From positions 1 through 58,106 of IMG/VR virus record IMGVR_UViG_3300030329_004093: a DNA stretch of 58,106 bases, one strand, 5' to 3'. A model generated the notes under the pieces. The model did not search any database. It saw only the letters and a program-made list of their open reading frames with translations, and was not told where the DNA came from. The stretch comes from a virus (taxonomy: Duplodnaviria > Caudoviricetes). Positions 39,501 to 49,167 of this stretch are shown one piece after another. The stretch's first letter is position 1. Every line of letters begins with the position of its first letter. The position numbers were made by a program, and so were the translations under genes.

Positions 39501-42500
39501 TCTGTACCAACCAGCTGCATTAACAGCTCTATCCGTAGTCTCTGTATCTCCAAATTTTCCTAAATGTATATTATGACCTATGCCTTGACCACCATGTTTC
39601 TCATAAGTATCATAAGCTTTACCTGCAAAGAAATAAATCTTCTTGCTAGGTAATGGTCTTCCTATTTCTAATTCAATAGGCTCATAAAAGTTGTCTTCAT
39701 CTTCTTGCTCAATGTTTTGAGGGATGGTTAAATTAGAGCTTTCATATAATTCTACTGCTTCTGAAGTAAAAGCACTTTGAACTGTAACGTAATCTTGATG
39801 ATAGCTACTTTCAGCAGCATGTATATTATAATTTTTCCTCATAAATCTTGTATACATGTTAACCCATGCATCAAAAGATAAAGGATTATCATCGTTTACT
39901 ATTTCAGACCACTCTACAGTTCCTAAGCTTTCAATAAACTCATTAAATATTACTTGTTCTTGAGTCTTGATAGGCTTTTTACCTTTAAAAGAAGTTAATA
40001 ATTGAGAATAACTAATCTTAGTATCTTTAGTATTCAATTGCAATTGTTTTATTCTATCTACTACAGCATATTTAAAAGAAAGTTCTATTAATTTATATTG
40101 AACAGCATTGCTAACTTTACTTACCCACCCATCACCAAAAGCTACTGGAGATTGACCAGCTGCTTCGTCAGATGTAGGAGGTATTAAACCAACATCTTCT
40201 AATCTAGTAAATACTAATTGGTCTTGTAAATGATTCAAAGAAGATACTAAAAGCCTATTATCTCCATCTAATAAATCAGATTTTATTTGAGCTTTGTAGT
40301 TTTCTAAATGTTTAGATAGCTTTTTTTCACCCCATAGAGATTTAGGCAAACCTATTTGTTTTAATAATCTATCATGTATTTTCTTAGGAAGTTCTTTTAA
40401 CTGAGCTTGAGCTCTTCTATAAAGTTTTCTTTCTTTTGGTTTTAAGCTGCTTAAATCTTTACCGTATTTTCTTAATTTTTTTATACCATCTATAATCTTA
40501 TCAACTTCATCATTAGCTATATTCATATAAGCTGGAATAACTACTTTTGTATGATAATTATATTCAGCATTACCGTATTCTATAATATCATCTTCAAAGC
40601 TAATATCTGTATTTTCTCCAAATTCTTTTCTTAGTGATTCAAATTCTTTAGTATCCAGTATTAAACCTTGTTTAAGCAATTTATCATATTGAATTGCAGT
40701 AGTTACGCTGGTAGGTTTTAAATCATCTAATATAGTATACCTATTATCGTCAAGCATCATATCAACAACTTTACCTAAAGTCATATTATCTTTAGCAAAA
40801 TCATAGAAATCAACATCAAGATTGTATTTAGAGTTATCTCCGAATAAAAATCTCTTAACTAAATCTAAAAACCTTTTCCATGCATTTATAATACCAGACC
40901 ATTTACTATTTCTTTGCTGATAATCAGATAATTGTTTAGCTTTCTTAGCTGCTTCTCCAAAAGTCTCGGCTAAAACTTCTTCTATAAATCCATCACTACC
41001 CTCTTGAAGTTCAGGATATTCTTTTAAAACCCATGCATATAATTTCTTTCCTTCATCATCTTTAATAATATCTTTATATATATCTAAAACACTACCCTTA
41101 ACCTGTTTATTATTTAGTAATGCTCTAGCAATAACATGCCCTATCTCATGAAAAGGAGTACTCATAGTCATGTACTTAGGGTTTAACCAAATAGTATCTG
41201 TATCTGAATCATATGCACCTCTAAAATTATAGAGACTACTATTTCTTTCATTTTCAGGAACTAATTTAAATTGAATTGTTTTTGAAGTATCTACATCAAG
41301 TGCATCTTGTAATGGAGTTTTTGATATAGTTCTAGAGAATTTTTTATTTAAAATATCAATAGATTGTTGTATAAATACTTCTTTTTCTTCTTCAGCTAGC
41401 TTCTTAATATCTTCTTCAGATAGAACCTTTTGTTTTCGAGACTTTTCAGAAACAGGCAATTCTAGGCCTCTTTTTTTCAACTCAGCCTTAATAGAGGCTT
41501 TGTTCATTTTAGCGGCCATATTGCCCCTTTTTTGGCTTTCTAAAACAGAACCTTTAAAGGATTTCAGTAAATCTTCATCAGAAAGGTCTTCCCAACTAGC
41601 TTTTTCTTTAACCTTTTCTAAATAAAACTTAGAGTCAGTTTCATCACCAACTTCAGGAGTTTTTTGAGCACTTATCTTTTGTTTTACTTTTTTAGTAACC
41701 CTAGGTAATGGTAAACCTCTTTCTTTTAATTCAGTTCTTATAATAGGAATTTCCATATCTACTCCACCCTTAGCTTTTCTTTCAAGATATTCATCTTTAA
41801 GTTCTTGGTCTGAGTATTGTTTATATTTTCCTACATCTACTTCTGTTTTTATATCCTCTCCAACTTCTACAGTTTTTTCATCTAATAAATCTTCTCTTTC
41901 TATAACTGTATCAGGAGATATATCTTCTTCATCTTTTTCAATTAAATCTTCTTTAACAATCTTTTTACCATCAGGATTTACATCCATATCTTCTGCCTGT
42001 TCGCTTTCAGTAGGAACTTCTAATAAATTATCTATTTTACTAAACTCTTCAGCATAAACTTGCTCCCACATATTATCTTTCATAGCAGATAGTAAGTCAG
42101 ATTTTTTAACTCCAGCTCTATTTAAAATTTCAAATGCATTACCTGTTTCCTTTTTAGACTTTTCTAATATTTCTAATATCTTTTCAGGGCTTCTTTTATT
42201 ATCATCTAGATTGTCATAAAAGTCAAGTTCATCTCCATCCTCTAGCATATTAACAAACCCAGCTAATATATTAGCATCTTCATCTACATTCATAGTACCA
42301 TCTTCATTATAAGTAACAGTACTTTTTCTTCCAGCTTTTCTTTCATTAAAATCTGCATTTTTCTCAGCTTGTTTTTCTACGCTATTAATATTTAACTTTT
42401 CTTGTCTTTCAAAATTCCAAGCTTTTTGAGCAGTATCAAATGTAACACTATTAAGTAGATTTCCATTTGCTCCAATAATATCTACAATATATTTCTTACC

Positions 42501-44822
42501 TACTTTTTTTATTTCAGTTTTAGCGCCTATATAATCTTTAAATACTTCTGGCTTATTTTTATCTAAAAACTCAGAAGTAAATTGTCTTTCTAATTGTTTA
42601 ACTCTTTGATAAGATTCTTTAAATGTACTAAATGTTTCTCCAGTATCAAATTCTTCTACAGGTCCTTCAATTTTATTCCCATCTTTATCTAATTTATAAC
42701 TACCATCTTTATTTCTTTTAAATGTAGCTGAAGAATAAAATACATTATATGTATTATCTTCATTCTTTTTAGAGAATACCTTCAAGAATTTATTCTTATT
42801 ATTTAATTTGTTCCAATTATCTAATCTATCTTTAATAGTCCCTGTATATAAAGCAGACGCTCCACCTAAAGCACCACCCATAGAAAGTCCACCCCAAGCA
42901 GTTTCAGCTAAAGTATTCCAATTAAATTCATCTCTAAATCCTTCTTTTTTATATCCACCAGGACCTATAGTAGCGAAGAATATTTGAGAAACATATTGAG
43001 ACATTTCCTCAGCTGCATTACCTCCCATAGATAAAAACATTTTAGTTAGAACATTTGAGTTTGTGGCATCCCATCTTCCTAATTTTCCAACAATAGGTAA
43101 TTTTCTAGTTTCTTTTATAAGGTAATTAATAGAACTTCTATTGGCTCCCTTACGCATTAAATCCTTACCACCAAAACCCCATATTTTACCTATACCATCT
43201 AATAGAGATTTTTCTAACATATATGTAACACCTGTAGAAAACATTAAACTAGTACTAGCTATTTTAAATGCATCAGATGGATTCATTCCTTTTTTCATAA
43301 CATTTTTACCACTTACAATATAATTATCATTTTTATATTGCTCTATCATGCTATCTATTATATAAGGCTCATAACCTTTTTCATATAATTCATCTTTATA
43401 TTCATTTAGTTCTCCATTCATAATATCAAGATTTATAAATTCAGGTGCTGTTTGATAGGTAATTGCTTCTCTAGCCATAGATTCCATTTCCATACTAGTT
43501 AAGTAAGCAGCTCCTGCTCTAGTACTTTTTGTAAGTCCAGTTACAGCAATGGCTTGAAAAGCACTTGTAAGAGCTCCATAAGTACCTGCCCATAATCTTT
43601 TCCATCCAGTACCATCTCCAGCCATTACATCTCTTATAAAATTTTCACTTTTATTATATTCATTCCATTTGTCTAAAGCTTGATAATGAGGGTCATTATG
43701 TAATTTATTTTCTATATTCTCACCTATCTCTTTATAGAGCTTATCCATTTTCTCATTATAAGTTTTATCCTTAATATTTCTTTCCCAATTATGATATGGT
43801 AAAGTATATCTCAAATCATTAGTCATATCTACCCTATCCTTTAAAGGCAAGTGACCGAAATCTGTCTCTGCAATTATTTTAGCATAACCATATTCTGCAG
43901 ATTTCACAACAGCTTCAACTAAACTTGCATCAGGTATAGGTTCTCCATTTTTAAGAGATTCATTGTATTCATATACTTTATTAGCCATAATCAACCAATC
44001 TTCTCCTAACGGATAAAGAGGATGAGATGTATCTGAAAGAATATCATTAAATTTATCGCTATGTAAAATTTGGGCTTGTTCGTTAATATTTGCTAAAGCA
44101 TCTGTAAGATTAAAATCTTTATCTATATTTTTTCTTTTATGCATCATAGAATCAATTTGAGCTTGATTCTTACCTTTCATATTTACTTCATCTGATTCAG
44201 CTTTAAAAGAACCAGTATACTTATCAGGAAAGTAATCAAATAAACTTGTTTGCATTTTATATTTACTATATTCACTATCTTCCCAGAAAAATGCATCCTT
44301 AAAGGTATTTTTAAAGTTATCCCAACTATAAAAAGGGCTTAGTTTTTTTCGTTCTTCATCAGGAAGGTCCCTTAATTGGTCAACTGTTAATCCAGTTTCA
44401 CTATGCTTATATCCTTGCCATTTACTTTCACCTCCAAATAATGTATAAACTCTATCAATAGGTTTAACAAATGGCTTAGTATATTTATCTACCATTCCCC
44501 ATATAGTAGGAGATACGTGAGTTTCTAGAGTAGACCTATCTTCAGAAAAAGGATTTATAACTTGAGGAGCTTTGAATAACATTTCTTTAGGCATTTCAAG
44601 AGCTGTTTTTGTTTGACCTTTAAGAACATCCATACTATATTCAGGTTCATCTAAAACTTCATCCCATCCACCTAAATTATCCATTAATTCTGGTTGATAG
44701 TCTTTAAAGTAATCGATTAATTCTAAATCGGATAATCCTTGATACTCTGGGTTAGGATAATATAGTCTAATTAAGCCAGCTATTTCGGAAAGATTTAAAC
44801 TTTCTTCACGTCCATATGACAT
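33591..44822 (-). CDS. Giant polyvalent virion protein: putative virion RNA polymerase with zincin-like protease domain
   Basis: 3743 aa; HEIGH...EEVLAE at aa ~1225; MARSP followed by GDYDGD at aa ~3283, the DxDGD active-site loop of double-psi-barrel polymerases. Confidence 0.75.
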   Translation of the reverse strand: MSYGREESLNLSEIAGLIRLYYPNPEYQGLSDLELIDYFKDYQPELMDNLGGWDEVLDEPEYSMDVLKGQTKTALEMPKEMLFKAPQVINPFSEDRSTLETHVSPTIWGMVDKYTKPFVKPIDRVYTLFGGESKWQGYKHSETGLTVDQLRDLPDEERKKLSPFYSWDNFKNTFKDAFFWEDSEYSKYKMQTSLFDYFPDKYTGSFKAESDEVNMKGKNQAQIDSMMHKRKNIDKDFNLTDALANINEQAQILHSDKFNDILSDTSHPLYPLGEDWLIMANKVYEYNESLKNGEPIPDASLVEAVVKSAEYGYAKIIAETDFGHLPLKDRVDMTNDLRYTLPYHNWERNIKDKTYNEKMDKLYKEIGENIENKLHNDPHYQALDKWNEYNKSENFIRDVMAGDGTGWKRLWAGTYGALTSAFQAIAVTGLTKSTRAGAAYLTSMEMESMAREAITYQTAPEFINLDIMNGELNEYKDELYEKGYEPYIIDSMIEQYKNDNYIVSGKNVMKKGMNPSDAFKIASTSLMFSTGVTYMLEKSLLDGIGKIWGFGGKDLMRKGANRSSINYLIKETRKLPIVGKLGRWDATNSNVLTKMFLSMGGNAAEEMSQYVSQIFFATIGPGGYKKEGFRDEFNWNTLAETAWGGLSMGGALGGASALYTGTIKDRLDNWNKLNNKNKFLKVFSKKNEDNTYNVFYSSATFKRNKDGSYKLDKDGNKIEGPVEEFDTGETFSTFKESYQRVKQLERQFTSEFLDKNKPEVFKDYIGAKTEIKKVGKKYIVDIIGANGNLLNSVTFDTAQKAWNFERQEKLNINSVEKQAEKNADFNERKAGRKSTVTYNEDGTMNVDEDANILAGFVNMLEDGDELDFYDNLDDNKRSPEKILEILEKSKKETGNAFEILNRAGVKKSDLLSAMKDNMWEQVYAEEFSKIDNLLEVPTESEQAEDMDVNPDGKKIVKEDLIEKDEEDISPDTVIEREDLLDEKTVEVGEDIKTEVDVGKYKQYSDQELKDEYLERKAKGGVDMEIPIIRTELKERGLPLPRVTKKVKQKISAQKTPEVGDETDSKFYLEKVKEKASWEDLSDEDLLKSFKGSVLESQKRGNMAAKMNKASIKAELKKRGLELPVSEKSRKQKVLSEEDIKKLAEEEKEVFIQQSIDILNKKFSRTISKTPLQDALDVDTSKTIQFKLVPENERNSSLYNFRGAYDSDTDTIWLNPKYMTMSTPFHEIGHVIARALLNNKQVKGSVLDIYKDIIKDDEGKKLYAWVLKEYPELQEGSDGFIEEVLAETFGEAAKKAKQLSDYQQRNSKWSGIINAWKRFLDLVKRFLFGDNSKYNLDVDFYDFAKDNMTLGKVVDMMLDDNRYTILDDLKPTSVTTAIQYDKLLKQGLILDTKEFESLRKEFGENTDISFEDDIIEYGNAEYNYHTKVVIPAYMNIANDEVDKIIDGIKKLRKYGKDLSSLKPKERKLYRRAQAQLKELPKKIHDRLLKQIGLPKSLWGEKKLSKHLENYKAQIKSDLLDGDNRLLVSSLNHLQDQLVFTRLEDVGLIPPTSDEAAGQSPVAFGDGWVSKVSNAVQYKLIELSFKYAVVDRIKQLQLNTKDTKISYSQLLTSFKGKKPIKTQEQVIFNEFIESLGTVEWSEIVNDDNPLSFDAWVNMYTRFMRKNYNIHAAESSYHQDYVTVQSAFTSEAVELYESSNLTIPQNIEQEDEDNFYEPIELEIGRPLPSKKIYFFAGKAYDTYEKHGGQGIGHNIHLGKFGDTETTDRAVNAAGWYRVQTLPPDIEDTDIAHEYQTDVIAANDEIIKDEIYEYVENPDKYIKKRNEEKQTGLTGETDLITKDIEVLEEKVVKSLGYGWYGKLLNGLPAGQSLNVFEVTWTDDAINLISKHLNNIVNSENGQVKIMSVIKTKWLNKNISHFGNAVDKLDFSPENIKRYLSDSSSSSEKYMKSSSGISEIEKLYIYALTKEYSNLNWEKLSDIIWNKSFVSVEQANTNIGYREAGNIMFDYFAPNSSKILTHTLNKMSLEILDEIVTGRAPKELYSNLLNIRYIEEVDAFDFILSNKGALKDSAIEDWLNEKIFKYNQVLKNRISSKNDLMKINDIELSRMFKIPKIKLNQVNYELQILLEDSLNVVIKGKKGIVKKKLIETFRDNDRGFYGFIFGLRNRFKNLVHFKEIEKENNEFDKDFNEFLSIRKMQLSGSIGMIFQERLLKRIGNLTRQVIPITEFRNKSLEIMKDIVTEDATKENIDSQIDEILPGVLGPAKNLVTLKKSLNKIRILNSIQRSAANGKPSLHIGLGAVNLMIQGNDLAFSFYNTADESAWNYLMNVFREHLSTASFPDGRGETMSRVEKASSIVNNIVDKFDFLSNAQKDEIGKDLYEAYYEPQHNNKTNAVLWRGSEAQKLVLKHYREIKKVESKETGETIELPMIKGKTGPFIKDLNIIVKDMKKQGLIDYEILTPSWSKGQTMKITYLNIPGVLSYQTFRMQKVIEKHDAESSTPKDLNQLSNKINNQIRYQKIEDPNLSKNIEINRIFKNAWLDLNIVMNETNKALARKFYVHPEYFRHAMMSMLPPELHSKFSFWYDTMFSKHSSLAYKDTAVGKAQETLVPQEEIDMGVSSFLTEIERANREGWAGLIDKNESDERSLSSNDFAYRDEFGVHVDFDVAKQLNKLAYSIMRDLSIENKFDTWVKEVSKIIGKRASYPPSMTRKQIKKFNRLFSSLTINSEGGKMNARDNFYAIITKYDVITDSEGNFAGTVAKEMSIELKGPDSKLGGKNNSTDKITPFELNNNEKYTHLTSIRGGLISFISGKDVLQNKKSRYGFFTADELSTLNDELYTQHSKTIVMSRGDSDKLLIVDVTDNHKAYYKSMGFDSAQELAVHSAMTSIFPDYLDMDAATVGKRIKLPFTPMTISPSMTDVNMYIADKEKLVFKYREKTNKGYRLVETVDNLYIGDGGSITARQLFEAFELHHGLTPGQAKAKTVIYKNRDGEGVAVKHQHYQPESGIEIWEGDTLLARVDENGNFVDGEAAGMDMIITQDEAKWVYGGATSKKGITVSGREIGFTKYADEKYAVTGNHMMQWYNHITDSRVISAFKNHILSNVKAQIAGIYRDFSDTTVKSASKRVSDIIEKIDINDEIGFRNTLVELNKLGFVWHLEPMLNVLYQTKEMTPTLKIKRQPGTKADLAPNLRGDLKRGEAALSKSNAEQVLLKFATAKNISLKVAEDTDVSEINEWLAENPVNMFMARSPIPHAGGAMIIRIKRLFNRGGLIELSPYDVFARLEGDYDGDWVSLEMLPYEYTDGKFVSEIEDTFIEFFKELEVGGINLNEFDSKLGQLDLSKADDRFRLMEAMTYNKQGEIVNIQSIYGLLVNTIDHINVTGVGRVELKQPDEKVKFNVGKIDGKIPTFTVSKILRIYLQAAVDNAKYMLLQQWNYTYDGLSRSLFKYGEGHPQAGQTISATAFKKLKPYLKFLKTPNKVRSGFDFEEGKLRLSDTIDESSTYYQYTRDRESYIKGIAPDIRVSFKSNILTPIEEIAIAPYVEYEIWQNKYNIIGSDGSPIKLHYNVHRNAHDRAVEYFLLPSIAQQYLRDAFLEDTKSGLVQGKKSAWAKSEWDKGELYARNMLGRFKGIIDANDKSADSPTFMERNEPIVVWKTNFDKDFKALSRVAQVAATYHFLEGWDGTKTRTHIPPASRSKSEKQLLDAKILSKFAELYNKEVANNRNMEKRFNRVGDLMIEKHIEEVCG

Positions 44823-44823
44823 A

Positions 44824-46392
44824 TTACTTACCTGAATTGATTAAATGTATGAGTTCTTTGAATTTCGGGTCTATTTTAGTTGAGTCTGATTGTTGTACAA
44901 GTTTCATTAGTTGTTCCATTAATTCGTTGTTTGATGAAGTTTTACCAGGATTTGCTATTATCATATTTTGATAATCACTTGCTTCATCTGTAGTTATATT
45001 ACCTTGTTTAAGCATACCAGCAACAAACATCATATCTTTTTTTTGTTCTTCACTTAACCAACCACCACTATCTATAGCATTTTCTTGTAAATCTTTAGCA
45101 AATTCTAAATCCCTTTTAAGCATAGCTTTATGAGTAGCATTAAGGCTTGTAGCTGTTAGTGCTGCTTCATCTACATACCATTTTCCAATAGGGTCACCCT
45201 CTTTATTTTTATTTGTATTTTTAATAAGAGCTCCTTCTTTACCTTTTTTTCCTATCCAAAATTCAACAGGGTCTCTATTTACGGAACTATAATCATCGCC
45301 ATACCATTGGTCACTATTTTTTTGCCACTCATTCATTAAGGGTTTATCCCACCAATGGTCAGAGGCATGACTAGTCATAACTTGTATATTTTTACCAAGC
45401 TTATCGTATAAAGCCCATTTTTGTTGTTGATTTTTTTCAAGATTATAGCCCATTTCTTTAAAACTTTGTATTTTAAGGCCAGATATATCGGAATAACCTT
45501 TTTTCCTTACCCTTTCAGCAACAAGATTATAATCACTTGTATTGTAGTTACCAATTCTTTGCTTATATAAATTGTTTTGAGCAGTTTCATCTAATTTTAT
45601 TTCATTAAATTTAGCTATATTAGCATCATCTGTAGGTAGATAAGTTCCTGGGTCAATACCTCTAGCCATTAATTCTTGATTGGTATATTCTATTTTAGAG
45701 CCATATCTTCCTATTTTAGCATCTTTTCCTTGAGGAGTTTTAAATGCAGTAGCCAGATAATTATCTACCCATATTTTTTTACCTTCATTAAGAGGGTCAT
45801 CAACTTCTTTTTTAAATACATTTCTATATTCAGGATTATCAATCATTGCTTCTAAATCCATTATATCTACTACATTCTTAATACCTTGTTCTGTACCAGC
45901 TTTAGCATAATAATTAGGAAGTTTATCTATTTCTCCTGTCATATTATTAAGAACACCCATTATTTCTCTATTCTTTTCAGATGCTTTTCTTACAGTATCA
46001 AAGTAATCATACTTATCATTTAAATCATTAGCTTGATAAAAATAACCATTTTTTAATTCAACATTATAATCTTCCATTAAAGCTTCAGCATCTCTAGTAG
46101 TATGTTTTCCATCAGAAGATATATTATTCTTTAATTCAGTTTCGGTTAATCCATATAAGTTTAATTTATACAAACTTTGATGTATATCTTTTAGTCCTTG
46201 AGTATATTCATTCATTACCAATTGCTGTTCTTGACTATACTCTCTGTCTAAATTTTTACTTAATTGTTGAAGTTCGAAATGATTTTGTTGTTGATTTTCA
46301 GCAGCTTGATACTTTTCCTCTAAATCATCCTGTCTCCAGATGCCTGTAGTTATAGTTTCAATAAGATTTAATGCATTAGTTAAACTAGACAT
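44824..46392 (-). CDS. Putative internal virion/ejection protein
   Basis: 522 aa, Gln-rich coiled-coil N-terminus, upstream of giant protein. Confidence 0.5.
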   Translation of the reverse strand: MSSLTNALNLIETITTGIWRQDDLEEKYQAAENQQQNHFELQQLSKNLDREYSQEQQLVMNEYTQGLKDIHQSLYKLNLYGLTETELKNNISSDGKHTTRDAEALMEDYNVELKNGYFYQANDLNDKYDYFDTVRKASEKNREIMGVLNNMTGEIDKLPNYYAKAGTEQGIKNVVDIMDLEAMIDNPEYRNVFKKEVDDPLNEGKKIWVDNYLATAFKTPQGKDAKIGRYGSKIEYTNQELMARGIDPGTYLPTDDANIAKFNEIKLDETAQNNLYKQRIGNYNTSDYNLVAERVRKKGYSDISGLKIQSFKEMGYNLEKNQQQKWALYDKLGKNIQVMTSHASDHWWDKPLMNEWQKNSDQWYGDDYSSVNRDPVEFWIGKKGKEGALIKNTNKNKEGDPIGKWYVDEAALTATSLNATHKAMLKRDLEFAKDLQENAIDSGGWLSEEQKKDMMFVAGMLKQGNITTDEASDYQNMIIANPGKTSSNNELMEQLMKLVQQSDSTKIDPKFKELIHLINSGK

Positions 46393-47866
46393 TATTGCCT
46401 TGTAAATATGACGCTACATCTGAATGTTTTATATTTCCTAACCAATCTTGGAACTGTTTAAACTTATCAATCTCAGTAAGACCTGCTGTAAATGGTGCAT
46501 AAGCTTGAGGGTAAGGGTCGCCAGTTGGCTTAGAACCTCCTGGCTTAATATCTTGTCTATATTCATCATAATACCCTGGCATATATTCATCAGTATCACC
46601 TCCTATAAATATGTCAGACTCACCAAACTTTTTACCTCTATAGCCTATATCACCTGTGCCTGGAGTCTCTGTTCTACCAGCAATATGCTCTCCAAATTTT
46701 TTATGCTCATCATATAAATCACTCATCATATTGTCCATTTGTGTATAAGCTTGACTAGCTCCACTTGTCATACTTTCCAATCCCTCACCAACATCTTCAC
46801 CAGCTTCAGTTAATATTTTTTGTGCATCACCTCTCTCATCTTCAATTCTTGATAATTCTCCTTGATATAAATCTTCTATATCTCTTTTTTCTAAAACAAT
46901 ATCTCTTAGAGTTTTATCTGAAACTGCTTGTTCTTGAAGAACTCTTTCCGCTGCAGGCGCAGAATAAGCCATTCCAGTTCTAGCTATATTAGCTTGTTGT
47001 TGTTCTATGTCACTAGGAAGTCCTCCGATAATTTCTTTTCTAGCTAAAGTTTGAAGATAATCAGCTTTTTCTTTATCCTGCTCTGCTGTAATTTCTTGTT
47101 CATCAAGGTCAGTAAGTGTATCATGATAATCCGTCTCTGCTTGAGCATAGTCATCCATTAAGTTGCCTGCTGTACCTAAATCTGTTTTTAAAATTAATGG
47201 GTCACCGCTTGAACCTGCAAATTGAGATAAACTACCTCCAGCTAAAGTCTCTAGCATTGTACGTACTTGTTGATTGATAGCACTTAAAGGTTCAAATACT
47301 GCCCCTATATCTCCAGCACCTCCAATTGTTTGTGAAATAGGGTCTGATAAAGCTGTTCTTAAATATGGTTTATAATAACCTTCTGCAAATCCTTCTGAAT
47401 ATTTTTGCATTCTCTCTTTCATGTCATCACCCTTAGGATATGTAGCGTCATTTTGGAGAGCATTACCACGATGTTTAGTATCACTTGAATATATTCTAGA
47501 GCCATCTAATTTTGTACTCCAAGGAACTGTAGGTCTACCTGTAACCCATCCTGATTCAGGAGGTGTAGGAAATTCACCAATCTCATGAGGAATATTTTTT
47601 CCTTCTGGACTAAATCCCTGATAACCTCCCAGACCACCAGCATAAGGTATTTGCTTAGGAAAACCAAAATCATAATCTTTAAGTTTAAATGCAGTTCTTC
47701 CAATATCTGTTGCACCACTACCAAAATCATAACTATGAGATTTGCCAGTAAAAAATTCTTTACATTCATCTATAGGTCCGTTATATTCACGAGAATCAGA
47801 AGAAACCTCAACCAATTTTCCTTTATTATCATCCCATTTAAAATTTACTTCTGTATATATCTTCAT
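46385..47866 (-). CDS. Putative internal virion/ejection protein
   Basis: N-terminal MKIYTEVNFKWD...YNGPIDEC leader; acidic coiled coil; RTGMAYS motif. Confidence 0.5.
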   Translation of the reverse strand: MKIYTEVNFKWDDNKGKLVEVSSDSREYNGPIDECKEFFTGKSHSYDFGSGATDIGRTAFKLKDYDFGFPKQIPYAGGLGGYQGFSPEGKNIPHEIGEFPTPPESGWVTGRPTVPWSTKLDGSRIYSSDTKHRGNALQNDATYPKGDDMKERMQKYSEGFAEGYYKPYLRTALSDPISQTIGGAGDIGAVFEPLSAINQQVRTMLETLAGGSLSQFAGSSGDPLILKTDLGTAGNLMDDYAQAETDYHDTLTDLDEQEITAEQDKEKADYLQTLARKEIIGGLPSDIEQQQANIARTGMAYSAPAAERVLQEQAVSDKTLRDIVLEKRDIEDLYQGELSRIEDERGDAQKILTEAGEDVGEGLESMTSGASQAYTQMDNMMSDLYDEHKKFGEHIAGRTETPGTGDIGYRGKKFGESDIFIGGDTDEYMPGYYDEYRQDIKPGGSKPTGDPYPQAYAPFTAGLTEIDKFKQFQDWLGNIKHSDVASYLQGNNV

Positions 47867-47880
47867 AAAAATCCTTTCTT

Positions 47881-49167
47881 TTATCCTATCCTTTTAAAAG
47901 GAACGTCTATTTTATTATAATCTACCATTTCATAGCCAGTATTGTGAACTGACGTAGCCCAAGGTACATCCTTAGATAAAACTCCTAAATATCTACCTTC
48001 TAAGCCCTTATAATCAAAACTATAAACAGGTATACCAGATTTAGATTTACCTTTATATTCAATATTTTCTTTTAATCTAACATCACTAAATATTTTACCT
48101 AAAAATGTATGAGGTTTAGCTAAGCCTCCTAATAAATTTAATGCCATCATAGCCCACCCAACAGGAGTCATGCCTTTAAGTAATCCTCCTGGAGCATTTG
48201 CTAAATTATGAAATAAACCTTTTTTTGTAGGATTTAAAGTTTTAGCTAAACCTTTACCCCAATATTTAGGATTTGATTGAAACCCTAATTGTTGAGCGAA
48301 TCCACCTTTCCCTACATTGCCCATCTCCTTAGCATATTTTAATGCTTTAATTGCTGGAAATACTGGTTTTGTATCAGAAGCAACATTAGAAGCATTAGGT
48401 CCAAGTCTACTAGTAGCACCAACTTCACTATATTTAAGAGGAATATCAGTCGATATTGATGCTAAACTATCAGAAACCTTCACACCTTTAGGGTCAAATG
48501 TTTTATATCCTTCAACTAAAGCTTTCTCATAAGCATTTTGTCCTATATCAGCTGTTACTTTATCTGTAACTTTTTTACCCTTAGGTTTAAATATTTTTTT
48601 AAGTCTTTTTCCAAAATTTTTAAAAGGAGTTTTTTTAGGATGTAAACCAGGAAGTAATTCGCTTCTTAAAGACATAGGTTGACCAGTAGACTCTAAATAT
48701 TTATCCATAATTTCTGGAGTCCAATGTGTATGAGCAAATTTAGCCCCTTTTGACTTTTGATTAATCCAAGGCATATAACGTGACATTTGCTTTCTATGTG
48801 CATCTGTTATTGGAGTTAATGCCTCTCCTTTATTCCAACCTAATGTGAGAGCTTCATTTATTTTCATTTGCTCTTCAAATGGTTTAAAAGTTGATTTAAC
48901 TTTACCACCCCACGCACCAGATGGTTTATCATGCATTAATATAGAAGTTGATGCACCTGTGCCTTTATCTCTATCTATTATTAATTTAGGGTCAGCTTCT
49001 AAACGTTTAGCTGCTTGTATAGTGTCTCTTCTTCTATCTTCTGCTATCTCTATTACACTCTTTAATACTTCTAAATTATCACCACTAGTATCGCTTTTAG
49101 GAGTAATAGCTTTTTCAGGGGTTGTATATTTTTGATATCTATAAGGTCTGATAGTTACTAAAGACAC
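47881..49167 (-). CDS. Virion protein with C-terminal peptidase S74 / intramolecular chaperone domain
   Basis: SDVRLKENI...GIPVYSFDYK...GVLSKDV...GYEMVDYNKI; hydrophobic segment before it. Confidence 0.75.
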   Translation of the reverse strand: MSLVTIRPYRYQKYTTPEKAITPKSDTSGDNLEVLKSVIEIAEDRRRDTIQAAKRLEADPKLIIDRDKGTGASTSILMHDKPSGAWGGKVKSTFKPFEEQMKINEALTLGWNKGEALTPITDAHRKQMSRYMPWINQKSKGAKFAHTHWTPEIMDKYLESTGQPMSLRSELLPGLHPKKTPFKNFGKRLKKIFKPKGKKVTDKVTADIGQNAYEKALVEGYKTFDPKGVKVSDSLASISTDIPLKYSEVGATSRLGPNASNVASDTKPVFPAIKALKYAKEMGNVGKGGFAQQLGFQSNPKYWGKGLAKTLNPTKKGLFHNLANAPGGLLKGMTPVGWAMMALNLLGGLAKPHTFLGKIFSDVRLKENIEYKGKSKSGIPVYSFDYKGLEGRYLGVLSKDVPWATSVHNTGYEMVDYNKIDVPFKRIG

